From Octopus sinensis (Eukaryota): a DNA stretch of 42,961 nt. The number at the start of each line of letters is the position of its first letter. Position 1 is the first letter of the stretch. Position numbers and translations under genes: made by a program. The notes under the pieces were generated by a model. It was not told the origin of the DNA. It did not search any database and was given only the letters and a program-made list of their open reading frames with translations. Below are positions 10,681 through 22,645 of this stretch, one piece after another. Where the stretch lies: the NCBI RefSeq assembly GCF_006345805.1, contig NW_021835186.1, positions 1 through 42,961 of the forward strand, read 5' to 3'.

Positions 10681-11139
10681 CACATGCACACACACAGAGA
10701 AAAAACCGGCAAAACAGTATAGTGAATTTGCCGTGGGGAGTGGAAAGTCAAACGTTTCGGACAAAGTCATTCTTCCTGTTTACAGGTAAGAATTTATGAG
10801 AAGCAGTAAGTGATAAGGTACGCAGACCTACAATGAGTTTGTTTGATCGTATATAAATGTATGTGTGTATATACACACACGCACGCACGTACGCACGCGC
10901 GCACACACACACATAAATGTGTGTTGTTGATGACAACAGTAACTTTAAGCTTAATACAAAATTCAATGGCTAGGAGGCGGAGTCAAATGGAAGTACTACT
11001 GTTGCAATAAGGTTTGCGTTACACATTCATATTCACGCACACATTGTACATATTACTTTAATAACACTTTTATACATTAGCAGGACTGTTGTAGTTGAAA
11101 CTAGGGATTTTAAAATATGATATTCGAGAAGTTGTGTAG

Positions 11140-11465
11140 CTCGGTGGTTTCTCTAGGTTGAGCTGCTTCTTCTTCGCATAGGGAGTGACAACTCCGGGAC
11201 TACAGACATGTATTTTAGAATGTCTCAGGAAAGGATTGCAAGACGGATTCTTCAAGCCGAGCCAAATGATAGGAGACCAAGGGCTCGACCAAGGACAAGA
11301 TCGTTGGAGAATATCCATAGTCTCAGTTAATCACGCTTGGGAGGCCTAATGACAATTGCTTCTGATCGGATCGTACAGAGGAGGTTCCCTTGGACTCTAA
11401 ACTCATGACCCTATTATTAGGCGAAGCGGGTGGAAAAGATGGCTGGAGGGTCAGATAGATAGATA
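11140..11465 (+). pseudogene. RTE-clade LINE 3' end (Rex3/Expander-like)
   Basis: VELLLLRI...FRMSQERIARRILQAEPNDRRPRARPRTRSLENIHSLS*SRLG matches the RTE C-terminal GRRPRGRPRTRW motif. GATG/GATA-type tail. Homologous to 39270-39680. Confidence 0.8.
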
Positions 11466-11591
11466 TTCGAAATCCAGTACTCGTTGCCTGTCCTGTGATA
11501 CACAGGTCGTATTTCCCTGATACACATTCCCAAGTTTTCAACGTATGATTAACATGGACATATGAAAGGAAAGCTTGATAATTATTCAGAA

Positions 11592-11972
11592 CTAGCAGTA
11601 TCGCCCGGCGTTGCTCAGGTTTGTAAGGGAAATAACTATAAAGTATTTTTAGAGAGTTATAGCCAAAAAATAGCCAAAAAATGGAAAAAAATGATGGTAA
11701 ATTTTTTTTGAGAGTTAAAAAAGGTGGAGTTGCGTCCCCTAGACAGTTTGCTGTTTGTGTTTCTGATTCTCGACCCCATGTCGAATTTATCGATTTTTTC
11801 AGAACTGGGGTAACTTTTCAAAATTTTCGCTGCGTTAGTTTTGAATTATGACATTGGGCTATGTGTGTGTCAAGTTTCATCAGAATCGGTTGAAAGCCGT
11901 GGTCAGGGTGAGGGTACAAGCAAACAGACACACAGAAACACGCACAGACAAACTGCCGTTTATATATAGAGA
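11592..11972 (-). mobile_element. Non-autonomous Helitron (Lep1-like architecture)
   Basis: Minus strand starts TC(TC)TATATATAAACGGCAG and ends CCTGAGCAACGCCGGG (hairpin) + CGATACTG-CTAG followed by T. No TSD or TIR. The 5' end is uncertain by about 2-4 bp. Confidence 0.8.
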
Positions 11973-12024
11973 GAATAAGAGAAGATGTATGAAATGAGTG
12001 CTAACAAACAAAAAAAAAAAAAAC

Positions 12025-12078
12025 CATGGATGTTTAGAACAAACTTACGAAAATTCTTCGGACAGGCAAAAAGGTTAA
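12025..12078. mobile_element. Right end of a piggyBac-type MITE (same family as 18430-18670)
   Basis: CATGGATGTTTAGAACAAACTTACGAAAATTCTTCGGACAGGCAAAAAGGTTAA aligns with 18624-18674. Confidence 0.65.
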
Positions 12079-12331
12079 TTGTGATTGATGACACCTCTCA
12101 ATTCCAATGACCTCCTCCTATCCTAGCAAGGCGTGAGTGAGTGAGTATGTGTGTGGGGGGGAGGGAGAATATTAATGACTAACCTTGTGAGGCCTAACAA
12201 ATTAACTTGAAATTAAGGTAGTACTTCTCGACCCTTTTCTTTTTATCTTAATTATCTCCCTTTTTCTTCTATTAAGACTTTCGCAAGCCTCCTCCTGACA
12301 TCTAGCTACAGCTCAACAAAATTTAATACTC

Positions 12332-12349
12332 AACACACACACACACACG

Positions 12350-12394
<45 letters not shown>
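12332..12394. repeat. (CA)n microsatellite
   Basis: Direct reading. Confidence 0.95.
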
Positions 12395-12397
<3 letters not shown>

Positions 12398-13195
12398 GAA
12401 CACGATTAACGACAGGTTAATCACAATTAAAAGATTATTAGTGCATTAGTGATGTGTTCAATTAAAAAAAAAACTGATTGCACCTGTTACCCTTAATATT
12501 CGCTTTGACCCCCCCCCCTAGTATTAATTTCTATTCAATGCTCCCCCACTCCAAGGAGAAGCACTCATATTTCGGTATATGACACATGTAAAATAAAAAA
12601 AATCCTAGTCTTTGACACAAATGCCGAAATAACACTAGTCACTGACATGGTTTTAACAAATTAAGAGAATGAACGAAAGACGAGGAGAGAGAAAGAGAGC
12701 GGGGGAGGAGAGAGAGTGAGTGAAAAATTGCGAAATATTTGGTAATTTCATCGTTGCTTCAGTTTAGTTGCAAAAGGAACTATTGTTTGCAAATTATACG
12801 TGTTAAACAGTAAAAAGAAAGGAACTTACACACACGCACACACATGCACACACACACACGCACTGCTCCAGCATGGAGCTAGCCGTAATAACTACATCAA
12901 GCTAAATGTATACACACATACACACCTTTGGATATTATTAAAAAATGGAGATTTTTAAAAAAGCATAACGCATTTTCGAAGTATGTTTGTTAATAGCAAA
13001 CCATAGACTAACAACACTATACAGTTTCTGTAAGAAATATTTTTGTTCTTCATTCATTTTTCGGTCTTATTTGTCTTTTTGAACACTTTGAAACAGTCGC
13101 CTGTATTAAATGCTTACTTATTTGTTTTTTGTTTTTTTTGGCATCTTAATTTTTTTTTTCTTCTTTTTTTTTTTTGCAATTAAAAGAAAATGTCA

Positions 13196-13290
13196 TCTTA
13201 CCAACATCTTCAAACTTCAAAAGTACTTACCTGAAAAAAAAAAAAAATACAGAGGAAAATAAAAAGGTCATTGAATGTAAAAAAAAGTTT
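13196..13290 (-). other. Candidate recursive splice site: 3' acceptor directly abutting a 5' donor, with a second donor 29 nt downstream
   Basis: Minus strand reads ...TTTTATTTTCCTCTGTA-T14-CAG|GTAAGT (13233-13225), then TTG|GTAAGA (13201-13196). No AG occurs for ~55-60 nt upstream of the acceptor. Confidence 0.45.
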
Positions 13291-13335
13291 AAAACACTCT
13301 GATCAAGTAAAGTTATTAATAAGTTATAAAATGCA

Positions 13336-13589
13336 TTGGGTTGTCAGATAAATTCGTTCGTTATTATTATTTTTTTATGGTCATATTTATTTTAATCCTT
13401 TCCAGTGTTCTTTTTCATTTTTCTTTTTTTGTAGCTCTATTCTTTCCCTGCAACTTTTGTTTATCGTGTTTGAAATTTGTACGAGTTTTACCTTTCCAGG
13501 CATATGACGATGGATTGTCAAGTAGGAAAAGCAGAAAAAAATAAAAGAAAAAAAAGAAAGAAAACGAACGAATTTATCTGACAACCTAA
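13336..13589. mobile_element. Tc1/mariner MITE (254 bp)
   Basis: 27-bp TIRs TTGGGTTGTCAGATAAATTCGTTCGTT match at 26/27. TA at 13590-13591. The first 10 bp equal the mariner TIR at 8547. Confidence 0.9.
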
Positions 13590-13639
13590 TAAACGAAGAA
13601 AATACCTGTACTTAACATCTACCTTAACGTCTGTTGTTT

Positions 13640-13660
13640 TTGATGATGATAATGATGATA

Positions 13661-13701
<41 letters not shown>

Positions 13702-13790
13702 TAATAATAATGATAATAATAAAAGTAATAATAATAATAATAATAAAAGTAATAATAATAATAATAATAATAATAATGATAATAATAATG

Positions 13791-13826
<36 letters not shown>

Positions 13827-13840
13827 GTAGTAGTAGTAAT
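13640..13840. repeat. (AAT)n microsatellite
   Basis: Direct reading. Confidence 0.95.
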
Positions 13841-14556
13841 TGCAGAGATATAAAATAAGGAAAGGCTGACAAAATACAACTCAGAATTCTTGAATATTAG
13901 GAATATATAAAATAATATATAGTGTACTGTTCCGTGATGGAGTAAATATTTTTAGGAGAGGCTAATAGTTTCTTGCGATGAAAACAAGTCAGCATTTTCT
14001 AACATGTCTGATGCCTTCACACAATCCTGAGGACGTGTTACGAAATGCTGTCAGAGTTGTTTTCATCGCATGAACCTATTTGTAGCTCTTTTACTCTTTA
14101 TCTCTCTCTCTCTATATATATATATATATACACACACACAAATACATGTGTATGTGTGTGCGCACGTGTGTGTGCACGCGCGAGTGTATGTGTGTGTGTG
14201 TGTTTTATATGGAAAAAAAATATGGTGATGTGTTTAGTGAAAAGGAGAGACCAATAGAAAACTCAGAAACAGATACAGATATTCCTCGCCATATCGTGGT
14301 TTGTTATTTAAGCTTACGTCGATTCCTCCGTGGTGTTGCTTTTGTATTTATAATAAAATAAATATATACAAATTATAGAAATAACAACAAAAAAAAATAT
14401 TCAGTACAGTACTGTTTCTACTTGGTGGATGTTCACCTATCGCAGGGGTTTTGGAACATAACACCCATGATAGTTGAGGGATTACTGTATACCAATCGTT
14501 GATGGTATGGACTTGTGCTAGTTTGGATAATGAATGAGCCAAAAGACAATCTTCAG

Positions 14557-14610
14557 GGGAGAGAGAGAGAGGAGAGAAGGAGAAAGAGATGAGAGAGGAA
14601 GAAAGGGGAG

Positions 14611-14642
<32 letters not shown>
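14557..14642. repeat. (GA)n-rich purine tract
   Basis: Direct reading. Confidence 0.9.
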
Positions 14643-14647
<5 letters not shown>

Positions 14648-15257
14648 GGCAGTACAGACGTCGTGAATTTCTTTTCGACTGAGAATTATTACCCGTAAGC
14701 AAAAAGAAAAATTTATATATTTTGACTAAAGATTAGCTTCAATATTCATTCCTTAAAATCGATTGATTTACTTAAATATACTACATGATAACTTTATTTT
14801 TATTTACTTGCCGTCTTTTCAAGTTTGAAGACAGAAACATATAACACGGTAAACTCTAAGGTTCCTACAAAGAAAATCAAAACATACTTTTTACAAGTAC
14901 TTTTTTTGTCCAGCGCTTCTCAGACCAAACGATTGCGTGTCCTCACCCAAAACGTAACCGCTCCAACCACACTGTTTATTCATGTGATAACAAAGCAGTT
15001 TTTACATCCACTTATTCTTTCTATAATCATGGTGTTGGACAAATTTAATAAACATGCTAATTTGTCTACCTGTTCCTCTTTCGAAATCCGCACTCCCATC
15101 CCAGGAATGGTGGACTTGTCCGCTCATGAAATACAGTTTAGTTTTCAAAGTCTCATTAATAGGTGGGAAGGTTGTGTAAACACCACGTGAAAATGATTAA
15201 CTCAACGATAACTTATGGAATTTTTTTTTTTAAACAGACACGCTCATTTTGCAAACA

Positions 15258-15400
15258 GGTAGTTTAGGGCTCAATCCCACTACACAGCACCATGGACAGG
15301 CGTCTTCTACTATAACTCCAGACTGACTAAAGCCTTGTGAATGAATATGGTGAACGGAAGGTGTGTAAAATTTCAGCGTGTGTATTTGTATAGTGTGTGT
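15258..15400 (+). mobile_element. OK-like SINE 5' fragment
   Basis: CAATCCCACT..CAGCACCATGGACAGGCGTCTTCTACTATA..AAAGCCTTGTGAATG. Confidence 0.7.
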
Positions 15401-15404
15401 GTCT

Positions 15405-15918
<514 letters not shown>

Positions 15919-16239
15919 GTGGATAACATTGCAGCAAATAGGTGCATTTGATATTTGTAAAGAATCCTCTTTGAGATGTCATCCCAAAGGTGAAATATCC
16001 ACACTTGGCCAAGCAGCGCGTCATGAAGCAGGAATAAAATGAGGCGTTTTTAAATCGACTTTCAATCAAACTAACAAGCCGCGGCAATCAATTCAATTTC
16101 TTCATGGGTTAGGCTTCTATTTCTATTGAAACCACAACCTGAAAGACCCCACAAAATTTGTTAAATTTGTTAGACTCAGAGTTACAAAACAAAATAAAAA
16201 CCAGAGCCACAAATTATGTCTTGTAGCATAATTTTTTAG

Positions 16240-16403
16240 CATTAGCTCTTCAGCATTAGCTCTTCAGCATTGAGATTACTCTGTCAAATGCAAGTTTATT
16301 TATTGACATTGTTTTGAATTAATCATGTATTTCTCCAGTTTGAACACAAAAGGTGTAGAATATTTTGGGCCGGATATGATTGGTTTAAATGCTGAAGGGT
16401 TAA
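16240..16403. mobile_element. piggyBac-type MITE, internally deleted
   Basis: Ends AATGCTGAAGGG-TTAA. The left end TTAGCTCTTCAGCATT (present twice in tandem) is its degenerate reverse complement. Confidence 0.55.
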
Positions 16404-16504
16404 AAAAGAATGTTTTGGGCTTTAAAAAAATTTTTTTGACGGCTATGTTGCTAATTGGGATCCACAGTCCAATAAGTCACAGAAAAAAGTAAAAAACAAA
16501 GCTA

Positions 16505-16615
16505 CAAGGACACAAACACTGCAGTAGAAGACAACTACCTAAGGTGTTGAACAGTGGGAATGAACCTGAAACCACGTGGTCGCAAAGCGAGTTTCTTAAC
16601 CACGCACCCATGCTT
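16505..16615 (-). mobile_element. OK-like SINE head fragment
   Basis: AGTAGAAGACA..CCTAAGGTG..CAGTGGG..TGAACCTGAAACCACGTGGT..TTCTTAACCAC. Confidence 0.7.
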
Positions 16616-16832
16616 ACGCTTAATGAGTTTTTTGGTTTTTTTTTGGTCTTGTTTTTGTAGTAATTTCATGTAAAAACTGTACTCGGTGATATCCTGTGCG
16701 CTTTTTTCTTACTAACAGATTATGAAGAATAACTTGCAATAAACATTGTGACAATATAAACTGCTGCATCTCTTCAAATAGCAATAGATATATAAACAGA
16801 CACGCACGCGCGTGCTCAAAAAGACATGTAAT

Positions 16833-16867
<35 letters not shown>

Positions 16868-17184
16868 TTATTGCTACTGCTGGTCCTGTTGCCGACATTG
16901 CCAGCATTAAGATAGATGTGTCATCACAACTATATGTAGTCCATCTGCCAAAGTAACAAGGCCCACACAAGATTATACGACATAATGTATAAATCACGAC
17001 AGTTGTCGCCATTATAATACTTTGCACATTAGATAACATGCACAAATCTTAACGATTCTACTGAGTCATAGCAGTACAAACAATCATTTGGCAGAATTCA
17101 ATATACTGGTACTTCATTGTACAGAGTGTAATGTTACGTATTAATAAATAAATGATAAAAGAGCAAGAGTTACGTAATTACTTT

Positions 17185-17288
17185 TAATTAGTTTACAGCT
17201 GTTTCAGCTATGAGGAACCGTACAGCCCAGAGTTGTGTACCTGTGTGACATCGTATAACTTTCTGAGAACCATTTGAATGACATCTAT

Positions 17289-17290
<2 letters not shown>
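17185..17290 (-). mobile_element. PLE-like remnant with an eroded hammerhead-like core (GAAAC-AGCT-GTA type)
   Basis: Minus strand CTCTG-GGCTGT-ACGGTTCCTC-ATAGC-TGAAAC-AGCT-GTA, next to (TA)n. Confidence 0.4.
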
Positions 17291-17291
<1 letters not shown>

Positions 17292-17356
<65 letters not shown>

Positions 17357-17398
17357 TAGATAGATAAATAAATAGATAGATAGAAATAGAAATAGAAA
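17292..17398. repeat. (TA)n-(GATA)n microsatellite
   Basis: Direct reading. Confidence 0.95.
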
Positions 17399-17560
17399 AT
17401 TACGAATAACAAAACGAAAGTAAAAAAAAAAACGCACACATGAAATGTATTAGGTTGACGCTCGATATAAGATGGAAAAAAATGTGTGTATAACGTTTCG
17501 AGCATGGCCCTTCGTCAGAAAGGAGAAAGAGGAAAGGTCTAGAGAAGGAAATAAGTCTAA
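17390..17560 (-). mobile_element. PLE-like terminal repeat with the best-preserved minimal hammerhead-like core
   Basis: Minus strand CTGACGA-A-GGGC-CAT-GCTC-GAAAC-GTTA (17518-17491), followed by GAGCGTCAACCTAATACA...TCGTAATTTT and then the microsatellite. Confidence 0.6.
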
Positions 17561-18429
17561 GGAATTATAACAATTTTATATTAAATTGAAGGATTACTCA
17601 ATACTTTTCGTAAAGTACATTATTATACTTTTACAAGAAGACTGGTGATAATTAATTCGAAAGGCTTGCTAGTCCAGTGAAAGTTTGCAGACCGAAACTT
17701 CGAAGTTCTTATCACTTCTCTTCTTACAAAAATGTAACACACACACACACACACACACTCATTATATGCACTTAATACAAACCGTTTTGAAATAAATTAA
17801 GTACAATTTTGAGATAAATTGTGTTTAACAGAAAATTGACCAGAAGGAGCAGATATACACTGTTGGATCTCTAGATTATCGTGCAGTAAACTTAACGCGT
17901 GAGACAGAACCGTCGTCAGCCAGCTAGCTGTATACGACGTGAAACAACACCTGACAGGAAGCATTTAGGAAAACAAAAAAAAAAAAAACGTTAAGAAATT
18001 CCAGCAACAACAAAGACTGAATCATCACAGGAAATGTTAATAATATAGGGCATTTTTATGATTTGTTGTCAGATGAGCTCAAATACCATAGTTCTTTGGA
18101 GGAGGGGTTGGGTGGGACAGGAATTTGGTCTAGAGAACTTAATCCTGTACATGCTTTTTATTGCCTTACGATGTATGTAAAGCAAAGTCATCTTCGGCGA
18201 GATTTAAGTAAATAGTAGCGCCTAACAACACACTCCCAGTTTCTGCAAACGCTCCTTATTGTACACTTTAATTCAGTGTAACAACTGAACTAACTAAAGA
18301 AGCTATTCACAGTTTCTAACATTAATAAAAAAACGAAGATAGAAATTGTGTAAAGGAAGTGCATAATCAGCCGACGACACCACTATATTTGTTAATTTTT
18401 GCCTTCATTCTTCATGAGTAATTTTTTAA

Positions 18430-18670
18430 TCCTTTGCCTGTCTTGTGTATCACATGTAATAATACACAATAAATATTTCTCTGGCCCTCACGATACACGT
18501 TCCCCCTTTTTTTCTGTTTTTTTAATCACCAGAATAACTTGGGACTTAGGAAAGTAAAGCTTTATTTTACGTAGAACATATGAAACAAAGGCTTGAAACA
18601 AACTAAAAGTCTGAAATCAAGCATGGGTATTTAGGACAAACTTATGAAAATGTTTTGGACAGGCAAAGGG
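18430..18670. mobile_element. piggyBac-type MITE
   Basis: TTAA at 18426-18429 and 18671-18674. Termini TCCTTTGCCTGTC / GACAGGCAAAGGG match at 12/13. Confidence 0.8.
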
Positions 18671-20094
18671 TTAAGAAAGGGCATGGATGTCATAACACTC
18701 AGCAAATCCGGTTTTCTTTCAATATCTGGTCATGTGCTAATGTGAGATCAGGTTTTAATTACGCAATTGAATTCTTTCTCATTGCGAACACTAGTTTTGT
18801 AACGTAACAGCAAGATTTATGTATACTTAGAGTTAGTATTATGCTGAGCATCTAACGTGTCGTTAAATTTCATGAGGTTTACTTTAAGTTACTACAATGA
18901 TATATTTCAGCCACCAGTCCACGGTGCACGTATTCTATATCGGTACCTTGTAATGATTGGTACAGTGTTTCCTCCCTTCTCCTCCGAGTAGCAGTTAAGT
19001 TGACAACTGATAATATACAAATGTTCATCAAATCCATCTACACATCCAACCCAATAAATACGAGACAGAGAGATCACGGATGGAATGCCTTTGATTACAG
19101 ACCAGCTTGATTAAGACTGACCACTTAGGGGCTAAACAATAACTGTATAAATGCGATCCTATGAGAAAGGTTCTGCGTGGTTGTTCGAAATAGAAACCAA
19201 ATCTCCCTCAACTCACACCTTACCATCCACTGATAATGTAGTCCTAGATACACTATCCAGAAAAATAAAAGGATGTATGGTCACATCTGGAGCGTCTCTG
19301 AGCCGTAGATCTTAGTGCATCAGTTATGATCTGGGAGTTCGGAGGGTGGAGTTTGCAAAACCTTTGCAAGAATAGGACAATAATTATGAAGTCCCTACAG
19401 AGTTCATCTCCAGTATGTGTCCTCGACACCACCTATAACCAGTAGGCATATAGGCTGAAAAGGTAGGGAAGAAATACGTCGTATAGACTGATACACTGCT
19501 CTCTATACAATACTCTACTGCTTATTAGGGTGCACAGAGAATATGGCCCGAAATTAACTGGAAGCATTGGATTAGGCGATTGCATCGAGCCAATCAATTA
19601 CTTACATCCTGTTTGATCAGAGAAAAACGCCCACATCTCCACAAAAAAAAAAATTGTCAAAAGAAGTTATTTTAGATCTCTGTCGCTGTCGATATGTAAA
19701 AATAAAAATTAAAAAATTGTGTATCTACGATTGACAGTTGGAATAAGATGAAGCACACAAATGACTAATAGCATTCTACTTGTGTTTCAATGTAGCCGAT
19801 TTGTGACGCTCGAATTTCTGTTGAATCGTTAACAAACAAGTATCAGCACCAGTTATTTAGTGAGATAAGACTGAAGGAAAGCAAATTTCATTAAGTAGAG
19901 ACAGGTGGGGGTATAGACACGAGTGAGCAGTGAGGTTCTATATTTGATTGCATTTTGTTATGCACAAAGTGAAAATACTACCGGGGTCGGCATTCTACCG
20001 TCCCTCTTGGATTAATGAAACATACACCGCTTTCAAATTCAGGTTTAAATATACCACTTCATCCAGCCCTTATATCAATGTAAAATACTTTTCA

Positions 20095-20296
20095 TTATTG
20101 CTTCCAAATTTTGGCACAAGGCCAGCAATTTCAGGAGATAGGTTAAGTCGATTAGATCGACCTCCAGTGCTCAACTAGTATTTATTTTATCGACTCCGAA
20201 ATGATGAAAGACAAAATCGACCTCGGCGGAATTTGAACTTAGAACATAAAGACGCTAAGCATTTGGCCGGGCATGCTAACGATTCTGCCAGCTCGC
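20095..20296 (-). mobile_element. Nin-domain-like SINE, near full length
   Basis: TTTTGGCACAAGGCC tail, TTTATCGACTCCGAAATGATGAAAG..TCGACCTCGGCGGAATTTGAAC body, and CTAACGATTCTGCCAGCTCGC head. Confidence 0.85.
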
Positions 20297-20354
20297 TATT
20301 AAAATAGTATTGTAATTTGCTTGGAGTTTTGTAAAATGGTGTAAATGATATTTA

Positions 20355-20722
20355 TACTTTTATTTGTTTTAATTATTAGATTGCGGCCATACTGAAGCAT
20401 CGCCCCGAGGAATTTTAGTTGAACTAATCGACTCTATTACTTATTTCCTTTTTAAACCGGGTACTTATTCTATCGGTTTCAATTTGCCAAACCGCTAAGT
20501 CACGGGGACGTAAACATACCAACACCGATTGTCAAGCAATGGTAGGGGACAAACACAGACACAAAGACACGCACACATAGATAAATCTATAAACGGTTCC
20601 CTTCTTTCACTTTCCGTCTACCAAATCCACTCGCAAGGCTTTGGTCGGACCGAGGATATAATAGAAGACACTTGCCCAAGGTGCCACGCAGTGGGACTGA
20701 ATACGGAACGAGGTGGTGAGCA
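20355..20722 (-). mobile_element. OK-like SINE, near full length
   Basis: Tail, GTACTTATTCTATCGG, CCGTCTACCAAATCCACTC, GACACTTGCCCAAGGTGCCACGCAGTGGGACTGAA. Confidence 0.9.
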
Positions 20723-21379
20723 ATCTAGATGAGAAGTTATGCAAAATATAAAGTATTCGTAAATTACGTTAACAATTTGAAAAATTCAGAACAAGATGAG
20801 AAATAAAGATAACTCAACAGAGTTTACTGGAAAACATAAAGTTTTATAAGAAACATCAGAATACTTCTACGTGGGCTCCACTGGTTGCACGCCGCAACAC
20901 ATCTAGACGATTTTAACATTAATACATGCAACAAATTGTGACGGTTGTAAAGATGAAGTATGAACACCCAGTATGTATGTTGATGCCAATAAAAGAAAAT
21001 AAAGAGGGAAGTAAGGTAATAAAATATCTTCTCCCCGTTTTCATTCACTAACGCCACCTTACATATTTTGTCTAACTTCCTACCTACATTGTTCTTCTTA
21101 TATCAGTTATAATTATTGTTTCCAGCATTTAATCTAATTAATATTCTTACGTTGCGAGTTTAATTCGATTTTTACCTTTTGTTTCCACGAAGTTTGACTT
21201 AACTATTGATAAATCCACTGAAGGCGGCTTACTTGACAATCTATCCTTACCATCTTCATTTATATTGTAAATATAATGAATATTGTAATATTGCAAATAT
21301 GATGAAAATTTCATGAACTAACCACGAGAATTGCTGCTCGCAGATGATACTGTCAAGTCATTTGACCGCTGCACAATAA

Positions 21380-21412
<33 letters not shown>

Positions 21413-22298
21413 ACTTGTTTCATGAAAGTTGCGTGTTCATTACAGTATTACACGTAATAACTGTGAAACAGAATTTTAGAGATCGAATCTTAATCTAGAT
21501 AATCACCCACCACCGATGGACAGGTTCAATAACTAAACGAATGTCTAGAAGCTATTATACTTAATAAAAATCATGTGTGGTGAGATGATATTCAGAGAAT
21601 AAGACAACGTTGCATCTTCGTCAAATCTGAGGTTACTTTTCATGAAACCCTAGCCACAAAGGCATGCATGAATGGTACAAAATCTCGGTGTTTATTATTC
21701 TGAATCACAAAACAAGAAGAAATCCTTATTATTCTGAACCACAAAATAAGAAATCCTTATTTCTGAAGTGTTAACCATACAGTACAGAAAAATACCGTAT
21801 GGGTCCCACCATACTGAAACTGATTTATTTCAACTTAAATCGTTAATACATGGATTACCAATCCAAGGAGCTGCAAGAAGTTATTTAAATTTATAAGATT
21901 TGGCTTGAAGATCGAATTGGCAAGATTGACAAAGGTGTTCGTCTAGAAGTCGAAGGATCAATGGTTTAAGTGCTGTTGTTGTTTAGCTTTAGGTCAATTC
22001 CGATTGCCCAGGCCCAAGATCAATATTTTTTCAGCCGTAACGATGTCATCTTTTTCCGAAGACGACAGTGCGCCTAAAACTACGTCATGCAATATATGCC
22101 GCGTCACTGGCTCAGCAGTTATTATGGCGTCACCGGCGATACAACAGTTGACTGCTCAAGTCAAACGTTTGGACTAGCTTACAGTTAGCAATTCTCGGTT
22201 GAAACTCTTGGTGTCGTCGCTGAAGGCACACAAGGAAATAGGAAGAATCTCTACATGAACGAATGTTTTGCCCTACTCAAATGCTCATAAACCATTTG

Positions 22299-22332
<34 letters not shown>

Positions 22333-22645
22333 CGAGAGAGACATAGTTTACGTCATAGGAATTGAGAAACTTCGGGAGAATGTGAAGTAATTTGTTTTAA
22401 AGGGTGGAACTCGAAGTAGATAATGCTCTAAGTAACAGCGCGTAAATATTAGGTTAAGACATGTTTACAGATGTGGGTCCGAGTCCCGCAGACACTATTC
22501 GACTTTGTGTGCGTGCGTAACGTCTTTCATCAACGAAGTACCTCGAATGCAAACCCATCCATAATATATAACACAACGAACCGATTCCGATGCCTTAATA
22601 GGAGTATCAAGGCTGAGAAATATAATGTATGCGCATTAAAGTTAG

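Noticed and set aside
10550-10789. ORF containing GSGKS (P-loop-like)
   Set aside because: It does not fit GxxxxGK[ST], most of the ORF is (TA)n, and there is no upstream acceptor or NTPase context.
14825-15190. 121-aa plus-strand ORF in non-repeat sequence
   Set aside because: TTG start, no motif and no flanking splice signals; alternative frames were also unrecognisable. A BLAST could still overturn this.
19070-19345. Recurring fragments (GGAATGCCTTTGAT..GGGGCTAAACAA), with reverse-complement-like pieces near 21970-22020 and 28860-28920
   Set aside because: Probably another interspersed repeat tail, but too eroded to delimit or classify.
20855-20905. YFYVGSTG resembling a GIY-YIG half-motif
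   Set aside because: Short and bounded by stops, without the conserved downstream R/H residues; insufficient for a call.
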